Source: Lingula anatina | Taxonomy: Eukaryota; Animalia; Brachiopoda | Assembly: GCA_051362555.1 (NCBI GenBank) | Contig: CM120642.1 | Span: 13,206,001 to 13,270,000, forward strand | Length of the DNA: 64,000 nucleotides | Reading direction: 5' to 3' | Shown here: positions 15,201 through 29,300 of the stretch, one piece after another | How the letters are laid out: the number at the start of each line of letters is the position of its first letter | Position numbering within the stretch: position 1 is the stretch's first letter | Made by a program: the position numbers and the translations under genes | The notes under the pieces: generated by a model | What the model was told of the DNA's origin: nothing | The model's database searches: none | The model's input: only the letters and a program-made list of their open reading frames with translations

Positions 15201-17069
15201 AGGTATTCATCTAGAGAACACCACGTGTTATAGCCTCAACTCCTGCTAAGACAGAAACTTTCACCCAAGTAACAAAAATAAAACATTTTGGCAAAAAGAA
15301 ATATTGCTTTGATTCAACAAAAACATTAAATTTTAACATCAGCTCTACCATTATTTCATGCACTGTGACTGGGTAAAATTATTTTTGGCTAAAACAAAAT
15401 ATATCCCGTAATGACTCTATCCAGAGATCACTCCCTGGATATTCCTTCCTGAAGGTATCACCATGTACACCAAAGCCTAGGACATGGCTCTCTGGATCAC
15501 ATTCAGATTGTTTTCCAGATTGACTAGAAGGCTAGAACCTGGGAGATACTATGCAGTGTCAAACATGGTTATTTGGGTAATTAGAATTGTATGCTTCAGG
15601 TACAGCCTTTGCAGTAACCTTTTTTAGATATAGGTAAGTAATCTTTGCATTAATTACAACATAGCACATGAAACAAAGTCATTCCACAATACCCCCCTCC
15701 ACTTCTCACCAAGCATTTTCCCCCTTGTATAGTTTTTTTTATCTCCTTGAATCATATTCCATGAAAAAGTATAGCATTTCATCTTATCACACCTGAACTT
15801 GATTGACAGGCAGGTGTCAAAACAATTTTGAGGGGAAAAGATGTAATTAAGGGGTAAAATACTATACTAAAATGATTGACATGCTATAATAATTCTTATT
15901 GTTTCCTGAAATGTATGTTGTCCATATGGAGTGTTACTTCAAAGGTGATTTGAACACAGATAGATTTATTCTAAAACAAAGATTCTGGACACGCCTTTTT
16001 GCATGATAAAACAGATTTGGGGGCTCTTATGGTATCAGGTAGTCAGATATGTTCATGAACAATTTTTTTTACACATGGGTCTCTGCATGCAAGAATGGGT
16101 GTATTCAAAGCACATTTACCAATTGCCAATTTTTTAACCAGGAAACACACTTTCCTAAGTCCTCAAAACGTATACCATTTTTATCAGGAATACAAAAAAA
16201 ATCTGTAGCAGCTAGGAAAGAGAAAAATGATTTATAGAAATGCACAGCAGTCAGTATTATTGTTGAACTGTAAAATTGATGTCTATAAGCCCCTAAACTT
16301 GGCATATGGTTTATTATTGTCAAATGTCTAGGCCCACCCAAATATGATCAACCTCAGACATGAGTTCACTCCTTGATAGTTGAAAACTGGCTGCAGCAGT
16401 GTTTCTGAGAAGAGTGACGTTGTTTGAAGATTTGGGTTCATTAAAACTTAAATTATTAAACAGTTTGTTTATAAACTCACAAAGGGTGTGGTCATTAGGC
16501 ATGAACGTAACTCACATCATGGACTTACATATGAAGTGGTTGACAATGAACTTATTAAGGTTTGATTTTACCAGTTGTATCATTCAGAAGATTAAGAAAC
16601 CATGTGGATAAAAACTGAAATTGTACAATCTAGCTTATTTATTTCAAATAGGAGTTGTGAGTTTGAGTTCAGTTATGGTACAAAGAATAAGGCAATTAGC
16701 TTCCAAAATGTACCTATAATTACTTGCACTTAATTAGTTTGTTTGATTTCATACAGACTAAACAGGGGTTTTATTCCTCTCTTAAGGCAACTATTAATGG
16801 TGCAATGGGAATTCAATACTAATTTGGCCAGCTTTGAAAATAATCCCAAGCATGTGTGTGTACTTTTCTGAAAATATATTTTATTTCAGTGGAACTCACA
16901 GAGATTTGAACACCACAGGGTGTTTACACAGCTTTTCATTATTTTTTTGTTTCTTTGTGTTTATTTTGATGGCATTGAATGTAAAAAGTATTGCTATGAT
17001 TTTGGATAGTGAACACTGTACTGATAACTGTACTGATACCATAAGGTGTCTATGATCAGAGTCTGATTT

Positions 17070-17140
17070 TTATTTCAGTATTTATTTATTTATTTATTTA
17101 TTTCAGTATTTATTATTATTTATTTATTTATTTATTTTTC
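17070..17140. repeat. (TTTA)n simple repeat
   Basis: Direct reading; similar tracts at ~11498-11533, ~36625-36662 and (TTTA)/(TTTG) at ~37530-37590. Confidence 0.85.
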
Positions 17141-19354
17141 ATGTTGCATTTTCTCTTCTTACACATCTAGGGTTTTAAAAATCTTGCCTTAGAAATACTT
17201 ATGGAAATCTAAATATTTGACTGTTTCATTGAAATTAGATTATAAGAAAATAGATGACTGGTGTAAGTGTACTCTGTACCCAATTCTTTCCCCTCCCTAA
17301 ATCAAACCTGTCAATTACAAAACCTCTGCCAGCTGTTAACTCTAGTGAGCGGTGCTTATTTTCTCAGTAGATATTTTGTAAAGGGTAAAAAGCAATAAAA
17401 ACTATGTTGACAGATGTTACATAAGCTAAAGGGTGTGTACTGAAGCTTGAAGTAAACAGCATTTTTTATTATGCCAAATTACACTGAAAAAATTAAAAAC
17501 AAAACAAGTTTTTGAGGGTATTAAGGTAAACGAAGAAAGGTAAAGACAATTGACTTTGAATTTTTACCAAAGAAAAAATAACCAATATTTTCAGTGATGT
17601 CTGATTTTAGTACAGTGACCTATTGATGCTGTCACATACCACTTCTTGCCCTCTGTACCTGTTCAGCTTGTCTGCTTTCTTGCCCTTCAGGTTGAAAAAG
17701 TGAAACATAAAACATCTATGTTCTGTGTCAGACTGCCGACCTTCATGTCAGTGCATGCAGTCATGCTTAAGTTTTAGCATTGGGCCATAAAGCAGTATAA
17801 TCAATATACTTTGTGGCCATGGCATGAGTTAGGTCTTGTGTGATTATAATTTTGCCCTGTAACATGTATAAGGTATTTTTTCTGGCAGCAATCTAAAAAG
17901 CATAAGTACAATGTGACCTGATCAGGTTCTTTGGAAACTGGGGAAAATGTGAGCTTGGGGAGAGGTACTAGGAAATACTTTGTGTGGAATCAGACAAAGA
18001 TAAGCCAAGTCTGGTCACAGTCTCAATGACATCAGGAGGTGGTTTAATTGTTTTTTTTAAATTTAATTGAATAATAATACTATCAGACAGGGGCTACTGC
18101 AGACTTCTCTGATCTAAACTGACAAATTTCACTGGGTAAATTTAAAACAAGAGTTGATAAGTAAATGTTCAATTTAGCTTGTCTTTGTTAGCTCTAAATT
18201 AACTAAATAAGATTTCTTGTAACAGTTTTAGCCCTTTTAATTGGCACTACTTTTAATGACTTTCATCACTAGATGGCAAGTAAAATAGTCTGCTTAGTGA
18301 TATCAGTAAGGATGCATTCAGATTCACACAATGTACTGGCTGGCGCAGTTGAACTCTGCAGGGGATTCTTGCAGAAGTGCAATCATTGGAATCGGCTTAG
18401 TCAGTTCACTATAATTAATTACCTCCTAGCTGCTAATGGATTTGTTTCAGACAATTCAGCTGGTGTCACTGATTGCACTTTATTGAGAATCCCACCCAGA
18501 GTTGGACCGAGCCAGCCAGTACGATGTGTGAATCTAAACCAGTCTAAGTCTTCAAAAATTCCTACAGTTTTACTATGTGTTTTGGCCCACCTTACCACTC
18601 CATGTGCCCCCAGTCATTTTATGCAGATACAGTGCACATACTTAACAACTTGTGATTAGATTACTAAAGTAATTACGGCAGTCCCTGCAGGTGTTTTCTT
18701 CTTTACGGAACATTTTAGTGTGATGTAAATAAAAAGTTAAGGAAATATGTGTTCAAAGAGGGACATCAGAGGGGGAGGTACACTTTTTGGAATCGTTTTA
18801 TTTTGACTTTGTTAAGGAATAAGCTGGCTGCTTCAAACAAATTGTGCTATTCATCTTGGTATTTTTACATTAAAGAGTTGCATTAAGAATGCAGAACTAG
18901 TAGTTTAACAGACCTGTGGTTGAATTTCTCATTTGTTATTTGTAGTTTTTATGTACTCCCAACTTTTTCTGTCAAAGTGGTGAACAAACAAGTATTTGTT
19001 TTTCTGTAATTGAAATGAAAATTAAACTTCTAACCTGTCAAACTAACTTTCAAGGCTTACACAGGTTTTGAACCTTTAATAGAGATCTATTAGAGTCTAA
19101 ATATCATATTTCATGCCAGAAAAGGTCTCTCATTTACAACAGATTAAAGTTAATGTAATTTACTATTCCAGTTAAAATACCACTAACTCCTACATTAGAC
19201 AAGAAGTAAGACTCAATAGCACTACAATGTAAATTCTCACTTGTTTCTAACATTACAACATATTATTCTAAGAACTCAGGTCAGAAGTTGGACTCCAAAC
19301 ATGTTTAAGTTCTTTCACCATCCCCACCTTTTACAGCCAACAAAGCTCACTGCA

Positions 19355-19364
19355 CTGATTGGCT
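19355..19364 (+). promoter_or_regulatory. Inverted CCAAT/NF-Y box, candidate promoter of the mucin gene
   Basis: ctgattggct is the reverse complement of AGCCAATCAG (NF-Y consensus). It lies just upstream of a purine-rich exon-like stretch ending at a GTGAGT donor (19823). Confidence 0.4.
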
Positions 19365-19399
19365 GGAGTGAGATTACATAGGATTGCATTAGGATAATG

Positions 19400-19822
19400 T
19401 GACAGAAGACAACTAGGACAGTGAAGCAGACGACACTTAGACAGAACACTGGGATTGTCCGGCACATGATATTTACACAGTTTGATAAATAGCTGTTAGG
19501 AAAAATAGTTAGAAAAGTACAGTTGACTATTCTGGCAGAAGACCGACTGGATTTATCGTAGGCGATGCCATATTGATGAAAAAGCTGATACTCAGATGGT
19601 GATCAAAGCAGTTAACTGATAAAGCTTTTTACCAAACTGCCAGTGGACTGTTGTAGTAGTCAACAGGTAGACCAGTAAAGCAGATGACACAGAGATAACG
19701 AAACCCGTGGCATTCAGGACAGCACCTGTTCAACCTTCCACTGTGGAAGCACACCTCTCATGCCACATAACAGATAGAGTGATCAAGGCGGTGGAGACAG
19801 ACTTTATAATGATGGCAATGGC
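19400..19822 (+). other. Putative 5'UTR exon of the mucin gene (5' boundary approximate)
   Basis: Strong donor GC|gtgagt at 19822/19823 and an upstream CCAAT box. The exon holding the mucin ATG begins at a clear acceptor (tattttcctttcactttcag|24241), so an upstream exon is required. Confidence 0.45.
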
Positions 19823-22800
19823 GTGAGTAAATGCGACAGACTATAGCCATTTATTTCTCTATGTAACGTGTATGTGTGCTGCAGTGTCTTTTTGGGGGGC
19901 TGCTTTTTTTTCACAGTAAACTGGTCTGAGGACTTTAAGAAGTATATTTTTCATTTTTAAAAAAGTTAAGAACCTCAAAAATAACACTTATTCATCCTAG
20001 CCATGTGCATTAAATGTTTCATGAAGTTTTCAATATGAGAACATTAAAAGTATATCAGTATTTTTGGCCAGACATACTACTATGCATGCCCACTGCATAT
20101 AACTTTCATGGTGAAATAAGCAGATTGATTCTCACTTTATTTTAAAAATGAGCTGCTGTGGATTGATTAATGACATCATACCTAAAATATTGTCCTTGTA
20201 CATAAAACAGTTCATATCTTTAACGGATTTCTAATACTGCCTCCAGATCTGTTGATCGAGTCAAACTTATTTGCTGTCAGAGGTGATTTTTTCAAAAATT
20301 TTATGGGTGTAAGTGCCACATGATTTACATCATACTTGAAATGTTCGGCACACTTTTTCACAGCATTACGTCATACGCAGATTGTTCTCAAGAGCAAAAA
20401 GAATCCACCCTTTGAGTGTGCACTTTGTCAGTATAGTTGGTTCTCTCTTAGAAATTATGCAGAACAAGTAGCAAGCCGAGGTATTTATCTGATGATGTAT
20501 GCTCTGATGCACTTACAGACTACTTAAGCTGATGAAAAGCCATTATTTCAATATCTAGTAAATTATTTGTTGTAGTGTGATAAGTGATATATATGTGCAA
20601 TTCCATGATTTGATATTAATGAAATATAGCTGAGGATGCTTCACATTATGGGTATATTATATGCAGATACTATAATACTGATCACTGAAAGTAATGGAAT
20701 TAGTACCCCTTTCTCTCCACCTCTCTCTCCCTCACCCTCTTTAAACCCCTCCCTTCATTTCTGCCTTTGTGGGAAATTACACAAAACAACGTAATACCTA
20801 TTAAGATATTCTCCTGTGGGAATACTGAAAGGAGAGGTTGCTTAAAAAGTGTGAGACCCATAAAAACCTAATATATGTGACTAAGTAGACCCTTTGATGC
20901 ATATAATAAAACACATTTAATCTACGAGGTTAAAAAGAGCAACACACACATTAACGTCTTGTGATAGACCTGTTTTGTTGGTGGATAATTTTAGATCAGC
21001 TGTTAGCATAGTTACTGTTATGTTGAAATGGTTTTTTAGGGATATTTCCAGGTTATTTTTGTGAAAATTTTGCATATGCATCAAACTATTTTTATGAATT
21101 CGCTTTGCCACATTTTAAATTTTATCAAACAGGTATTTATTATTTGCAACCTAATTGGCTTGATAAAGGCTAAAAACAACTTACAGTCCTGATATTGCTC
21201 ATAAAAATTCAGAAGTTCAAAAAACGTTAGCCCGTCCCAAAAGATGTAGGTGTTAAAGGTCAGAAATCCAATGGATAATCCAAACAGGGTTGACAGTTAC
21301 TGTTTATTTATTGCTTGTGTTTTTCTTTCAAAAATTTTTTTTTTCAAATTTCTGTATGACATTCATTTACCATTCCACCCTACACAAAATCACGCCACAA
21401 CTACATTGTAACGATCATTGACAAAAGTACAGATTGGTAAACCTTTTAAATTTTAATAGCTCCTCAGTAATTAATGTCTGATTGGTCTAAGTGACTTCGC
21501 CTTATTGTTGTGTACGCCTAGTGTTTTTGCTTCAGTTGCTGAAAATATATTAGCATGCCGTTGCAAGGGTGTTCCTCTGGAATTTGTCGCCCAGTCATTC
21601 TTGGAAGAATGCCGTTGAATGAAAGTGAAACAAGGCGGGACACATAGTTCAACTGCAGGAAAATTTTCTTTTTGATTCTTACACTCATCTTGTTCTTTTT
21701 GCTCAATGGGAATTGAAATCTTGTATTGAAGAATCTGAAATGTCTCACCCTTATTACAATGAAAAAATATGGAAACAGGACCTTGGACTTAGATATTTTT
21801 CTGGCCCTGTGTCAGGTAGGGGAGGTCTCATAGCCTCTCTCAACATACCCTCACATACAGAGGTCCATGTATCAATTTCTATCAAAATGAAGAAAACCAG
21901 TCTTAGCTGTAGCATTAACTGACTGAATCCAATGGTATGAAGCAATAGTACTGTAATTACTCAGTCTTTTCAATGGGGGAAAATTGTGAATTATACAGAT
22001 GTTGTAACTTTTTTTTAAAGTCATAATTTGTTAAAATTGGAATATTCCTATAGACTGGTAGCAATAGAATTAAAGAGCAGGCTACTCTATAGTCCTATTC
22101 TATGCAGTAAAATCACCGTAAATGCTTTATAGAAATATAATTTGGGTGATTAAAAATGGTGGATCTGAAAGTTTGATAATTTTAGTCTATTGAAACAATC
22201 GCGTCAGTACCGCAAGGGCTAACTGTTACTCTCCTCTCCCAGAAATGAGCTGCTAAATTCACTGAAGACCCAAACAAATTCACTGTTCCTGCCTTGAGCA
22301 CCCAGTCACTTCCCCACTGTGGTCAGCATGACTGTTGTTATGGGTATTCCAGTACTGGACAGTACCACTACCGGTGACACCTATGGGTGGAGGAAATATG
22401 GAGATTGATAACACAACGCAAAGGGAATGCCACAGATAAATTTTAAAGATAGCCAGTGATTATGTCCTGTTTTTACCTCATTTTTCCTTATACAAACTCT
22501 TTGTGATGAATGTGTCTGGTTGGGACTGGTACAATTAATGGAACAGGAAGTTGACCTCATTAATAATTTTTTAAAATATTCAAAAAGTTAACATGGTGAA
22601 AATAGACGATGTTTCTTATTTCATGCATATGTCTGCATGTTATTATCCTTAAATTTCTTTGGGTTATCATTAAAGAGGATGTCAATGCATGAGTCAAAAT
22701 ATTTGATGAATAATATTATTACTTTTAAATTGCTGATTAACTGATGCTTCAAAATAACGCTTTAGATCTACGCATTTATTTTTTATTACGTTTGTTTTCT

Positions 22801-24335
22801 TATTTACTTTCCTGTGTTCATTCATTCATTTATTTATTTATTTATTTATGTGTTCATTAAAATATTTATTGAAAAAAGGCAAGGTTAATTTGATAATTTA
22901 AAATGACTGAAATCAAACATAAAATCTGAGATGAGATAACACTTATAGTTGATATCTAAGAGAAAGGATATGACTGCCAACCTGCCTACTACATATTACA
23001 TACATAAGGAAAAAACAAAAATAAAACCATAAATTATGGGTGGACTCCCTCCCACATCAAAGCAGCTGCATTTTTAATTCAATCACCAAGTTGATGTGCA
23101 TTTTACCAGTCATAACCAAACCACATGTGACTGTCTTTTGATTCTCATCAGATAACTGCTACAGATGACAAGTTTCCGATGTCATATCGTACACTTATCA
23201 TGAATGGCACATTTACCGAATTGAGGATCCTGGACACCTTCATTACGCACAATGAGTAATTATTTTATAATGAGAAGGATTTATAGAATGGGTTTAACTT
23301 AGATTTAGGTGTATACTAGTAGGCAATTGTCCTGGTAATTGGGTGTCTAGTCAGCAGATTACAAATTGTTTCATTCTGGATTTTACTGTTATGTGTGATA
23401 GGTAGGTATTTGAGTAAAGCTTTGGTGTCATTTTAATCACTTGTTACTGCTTTAAAATACTTATTTGATTAGAAAACAGATAGCACCAACATTGGACAGC
23501 ATAACTTGTGAGCTGATTTGAGGTCTATAATCTGTTTTGTGTTATAGTTTGTATTTGACCTGGGGCTTACAATCTTATGTGTGATGTATATTAAGTACTG
23601 AGTTTGATTATGGTTTTTACTCAGTATAAACTCTGTTTTCATAAAAAAAAGGGAAAGAAAAAAGAAATCTGGTTTAGAGCAAAATTTTCACTATCATTCT
23701 GTACTTATGGGTTCTTATAGTTCTGTTACATCTGATATAGACAGTGTCAATTTTTTTTTATTAAATTGTTCATGGTTCCAAGACCTTGAATTAAGTTTTA
23801 GCTTTTAGCACTAAAAATCACTTACTTTGGAACAAAATGTTTCAAACAGCTATTCTTCACTTTTATCACAAGAACATTCAGGGCATTTAATCTGCAGACA
23901 CTCTTGTGATAAAAATTAAATGTAGGGCTTTCAAAGTTTTGTTTCCATTGTAAGTTATTCTCATCATTCAAAAGGTTTGGATAAGACCTTTTGAATCTTC
24001 TCTGGCAATTTTATGTTGGCATAATATAGATATTGATGGATATTGACTGTGTTACTGTTACATACGCATTACCACTATGTACATTTATATTTAATAATGT
24101 AAACATCTAGTTTATGTAGTTGGTATATGTCCTTTATGCCATCGACATGTTTCATTGCTATTAGTGGTTTATGTTTAGGATATCTTCATCTCTGAAATGT
24201 AGTCATTTCTGTATTACTGATATTTTCCTTTCACTTTCAGAGCTGCTAAGTAAAACAAAATTTTGAGACTGATGAAAAGTTGTGACGACTTCTGACTCCA
24301 GCAGACACCAGTGTTGTGACAGCACAGACAGCAAG

Positions 24336-24390
24336 ATGGCAGTTCACAGACACATCTTTGTATTTGTATGCTTAGCTGTGGCCAAACATG
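24336..24390 (+). CDS. First coding exon (signal peptide) of giant membrane mucin
   Basis: aagATGG start encoding MAVHRHIFVFVCLAVAKH, then phase-1 donor G|gtaagt. Joining to acceptor ttcttccag|26390 gives ...KHVYS-QGEDG in frame with the 3108-aa ORF, a plausible signal-peptidase site after VYS. Confidence 0.85.
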
Positions 24391-26389
24391 GTAAGTAGAA
24401 GATCGTATAATAGTTCAACACAGAGAATTCAAGGACAGATACAAAACAAAATGATGGGTTCAGCCCTTGTCCTTCACTAGGAGAGAGAAAAGACAAATGC
24501 AAAATACCTAGGCCCACATAAATGCCATGAAATTTCCCAAATATTTTTATATCATTTCTTCCTGATCAGGGAAGGTGACATTTTCTGAGAAGAAGGAGGG
24601 GAGCAATATGGTGTTCACCTTGATATCTTGAGTCTGCCAAGGGTGTTCATGGTCTCTTTTTTACAGTGCCTAAATGTGACATTTTAACTTAGAAGTGCAG
24701 TCAATTTATGACGGACTCTGTATTAATTAATTCATGGATTTTGATTTTTCACAGATCTGTTTCTTTTTTAAATCCTGAAACCATTGTGTTTGTGATAGTA
24801 GTAATGATTTCTCCAGACACTGAGAAACTACTAAGGCTCTTTCCTGGTTTTGTGCAATAAGTGACAAAAATATCAAAGGTTTGTAACTTAACATAGTTAA
24901 TACTCATCAGAATATGTGTTGTAGACCGATCAGTTTTCAGCCATCACCAAATAACAAATTTCATGCCAAGAAATTTATCACAGTTATCTGGTGTTTTTCT
25001 TTTGATCAGAGCATTTTGAACATGTTCATAATCTCTTATTTCCTGGCAATAAGTGTCACAAAGATAGAGTTGGTAGCACTGAAATATTTTATTGAAGTTT
25101 GTAAAACATGTACTTCCGCTGTTTGCCTGGATATGATTCAAGAAAAATTGTGATCTTATTTTGGAGAGGAGTCTTCTTAATTATACAGACTGTGCTGTGT
25201 TTTGCTGCTTGTTGATACAGTAGTTTCTGATTTGTGTACTTAGATATTTGAATTGTATTTACTTCCACGATATCATAGTGACTGACATATTTTCATAACC
25301 TTCCCAACACATCTGTGAAGCTGGGTGTTTTGTCAAGCTGATGTTAAGTTTGTTCATGAGAAATATTTCCTATATTTTTGTTACTAAGAAATTTGTCAGT
25401 CTTTTGTAAAAATAATTCTCCCAACTTAATTATTTTTTGTGATTCAGGGAGGGCATATTAGTTGAAAGCATTTTCCAAAAACCACATTGTTCAAATTAGT
25501 AAAATACACCAGCCACTGAACTTGCATTAAGGACATTTCCTCATGTTCAGTAGGAGTTTTCAAACATGCACCCATTATGTGTCTAAGTTCCCATGGAGAG
25601 GAATCAGTGATGAATGTACGCTTAATATCTGTATGGTGAGTTTCATTTAATTAAGGGTGGACCCAGTCTGATGAAATAAGGCTAAACTCTTTTAAACTAA
25701 GTGCCTTTTTTGGACTACTTTTATTGCCCCCTCCCACGAGGCACATGCAATATGCTTTCAATCAGTATTTGAAAATGCATGGTTGTAGCATTGCCTTAGG
25801 CCTCCATAGTAAAAAAGTAAAAAATGTAAATTGATTAGGTAGGCCAGGAATGTCAAATCAGGGACAAATAAGGAAAGTGAATTTCTCTTTTTTCAGTCTC
25901 TTATGTAATGGTTTATGTTAGATTAATATATTACCAAACTGATGATTCTTTGCATATGTTATCATTAAACTTTTACAAAAATGTAACTTATTAGTTTGAG
26001 GCCAGTAATGGATTTTCAATACTGTGAACTAGCAGTGATCTTTGCCCAGAGACCTCACCCAAGCAAGAAGTGTCAAGAGTAGGACATTTAAAAAAATGAT
26101 AATTTGATGATTAATGGGCTTGTTTGGGGTGAAGTCAAATGGACTGAAACTTTGAAACTGTGGAATAGAGCTGAAAGAATTCTCACAATGGGTAGATCAC
26201 AGATATGTATATTCCCCCTGATAAGTGATTGCTACAGTGAAATCGTACTTCTTTTCCAAGCTGCCAGTGTGATTTGATTATAGCAGTGTTTTCCTACAGT
26301 TGGTTGCAATGAGTTTGATTACAATAGCTTTACTCCTCAATAGTGTTTTTTTTTTTAAGATTACAATACATTTCTTTTGTTTCTTCCAG

Positions 26390-29300
26390 TCTACAGCCAA
26401 GGTGAAGATGGAATGGATCCAATTCCAACAGAGGGCACTCTGCCACCAGGATATCCTTTACCTTCCGCCTCAATCCCTGACACAAGCCAGCAGAACAACT
26501 CAACTGATGCTGCTGCTGTGAGCTCAACTAACACTTCTGAGACAGAGACCTCATTGCAGCCGGATGTGACAACTGTCACAACTAGCACAATTTACAGTAA
26601 TGCTAGAGCTGATGCACCAACAAGTTCAGGAACTACTGAGTCTACAGCAGGCACTGATTCAGATGGACAACAAGGACAAACAACTTCAGGGGAGGTGTTT
26701 GTATACCCCACTACTCCTGGGGATGATGTGACTGTTGTTGTTGAGGTTTCTAATTCAACTGAATCTGCCTCTGACAGCAATAGTACTACAAATACCACTT
26801 CTGTGTCTGGAGGTAATATAACTGCAGAGGTACCCTCACAAGAAGAAAATGTGACTATTGTGGCCACCACCATATTAGTATCTGCCACAGATTCTTCCAT
26901 TTCTACTATAGAAAACACTACAGAAATAAATTATACTGATACAGAATCCACCACTGCTCCATCTTCAGAGAGGGAATCTACAGCATTCTATGCCACAGAG
27001 CCAGAATCCACAACCACAACTCCTGTTACAGAGGCAGAATCAACAACCATACCCCCTCCCACAGAGGCAGAATCAACAACCATACCCCCTCCCACAGAGG
27101 CAGAATCAACAACCATACCCCCTCCCACAGAGGCAGAATCAACAACCATACCCCCTCCCACAGAGGCAGAATCAACAACCACACCCCCTGTGACAGAGGC
27201 AGAATCTACTACCATACCCCCTGTCACAGAGACAGAATCCATTAGCACACCTCCTGTCACAGAGGTAGAATCTGCAACCACACCCCCTGTCACAGAGACA
27301 GAATCCATTAGCACACCTCCTGTCACAGAGGTAGAATCTGGAACCACACCCCCTGTCACAGAGACAGAATCTACAACCACACCTCCTGTCACAGAGGTAG
27401 AATCCACAACCTCACCCTCTGTCATAGTTGAATCCACAACCACACTACCTGTCACAGAGACCGAATCCACATCAGAGGTGCCTTTCACAGAATCAACAAT
27501 TGGAGCTGCAGTTACCATTTTTGAAAGGTCCCAATTAAATATCACAACAGTGGAAACCACCATCACAAGCAGTTATAATCCTGTTACTCCAGGAGAAAAT
27601 GATACTGTTGTTGTCAGTGTTGAACCAGCAGTTACAACTAGTGAACCAATCTCTCAAGTAAATGTGACTGAGGAAACTGTAGACACTACAACAACTACTG
27701 GTATGACACCAAGGGAAGAAAATGTTACATCAGTTCATACAACTACCACAAGTGATTTTATTGCTCCTGTTACCCCTGCAGAAAATAATACTGTAATTGT
27801 CAGTGTTGAACCAGTAGTAACTAGTGAATCCACCTCTCAGGTGAATGTGACTGCAGAAGTTGTAGAAGGTACAACAAGTACTGTGACAACACCAATGGCA
27901 GAAAATGTTACAACTGTTGAAACAACTACCACAAGTGATTTCATTGTTCCTGTTACCCCTGGAGAAAATGATACAGTTGCTGTCAGTGTTGAACCAGCAA
28001 TTACAACTGGTGAACCAACCTCTCAAGTGAATGTGACTGCAGAAGTTATAGAAAGTACAACAAGTACTGTAACAACACCAATTACAACTGTTGCAGAAAC
28101 TACCACAAGTGATTTTATTGTTCCTGTTACCCCTCGAGAAAACGATACTGTTGCTGTCAGTGTTGAACCAGCAATTACAACTAGTGAACCAACCTCTCAA
28201 GTGAATGTGACTGTGGAAGTTGTAGAAAGTACAACATCTACTGTAACAACACCAATGACGGAAAACATTACAACTGTTGAGACAACCACAAGTGATTTTA
28301 TTGTTCCTGTTACATCTGGATATAATGATACTGTAATTGTCAGTGTTGAACCAGCTGTAACAACTAGTGAACCAATCTCTCAAGTGAATGTGACTGAGAA
28401 AACTGTAGAAAGTACAACATATACTGGTATGACACCAAGGGCAGAAAATGTTACATCAGTTCATACAACTACCACAAGTGATTTTATTGTTCCTGTTACT
28501 CCTGGAGAAAATGATACTTTTGCTGTCAGTGTGGAACCAGCAGTTACAACCAGTGAATCCACTTCTCAAGTGAATATGACTGCAGAAGTTGTAGAAAGTA
28601 CAACAAGTACAACAGCAATGGCAGAAAATCTTACAACTGTTGAAACAACTACCACAAGTGATTTTATTGTTCCTGTTACCCCTGGAGAAAACGATACTGT
28701 TGCTGTCAGTGTGGAACCAGCAATTACAACTAGTGAACCAACCTCTCAAGAGAATGTGACTGTGGAAGTTGTAGAAAGTACAACATCTACTGTTACAACA
28801 CCAGTGACAGAAAATGCTACAACAGTTGAAACAACCACCTCAAGTGATTTTATTGTTCCTGTTACCCCTGGAGAAAATTATACTGTTGCTGTCAGTGTTG
28901 AACCAGCAATTACAACTAGTGAATCCACCTCTCAGGTGAATGTGACTACAGAAATTATAGAAAGTACAACAAGTACAACAGCAATGGCAGAAAATCTTAC
29001 AACTGTTGAAACAACTACCACAAGTGATTTTATGGTTCCTGTTACCCCTAGAGAGAATGACACTATTGCTGTCAGTGTTGAACCAGCAGTTACAACTAGT
29101 GAACCTGATGGTCAAGTCAGTGTTACTGTCAACTATACTACAGAAGTTGTAGAAACTTCACCACATACTGTAACAACACCTGAAGAAAGCACAACAACAG
29201 AACCAGTAATTGTGTACAATGTTACATCACCAGAAGTTCCAACTAGTGACCCAGTCACTGAAGCAAATGCTACAACACCAGTGGCAGAAAATGTCACAGA

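Noticed and set aside
18273-18659. 128-aa ORF upstream of the mucin gene
   Set aside because: No recognisable motif or convincing splice context; more likely non-coding.
1-19300. Scattered 60-95-aa ORFs
   Set aside because: Composition typical of random AT-rich sequence; no coherent exon chain found.
26377-26389. ORF-track start MFLP of the 3108-aa ORF
   Set aside because: TTG inside the polypyrimidine tract; the in-frame signal-peptide exon at 24336 explains the N-terminus better.
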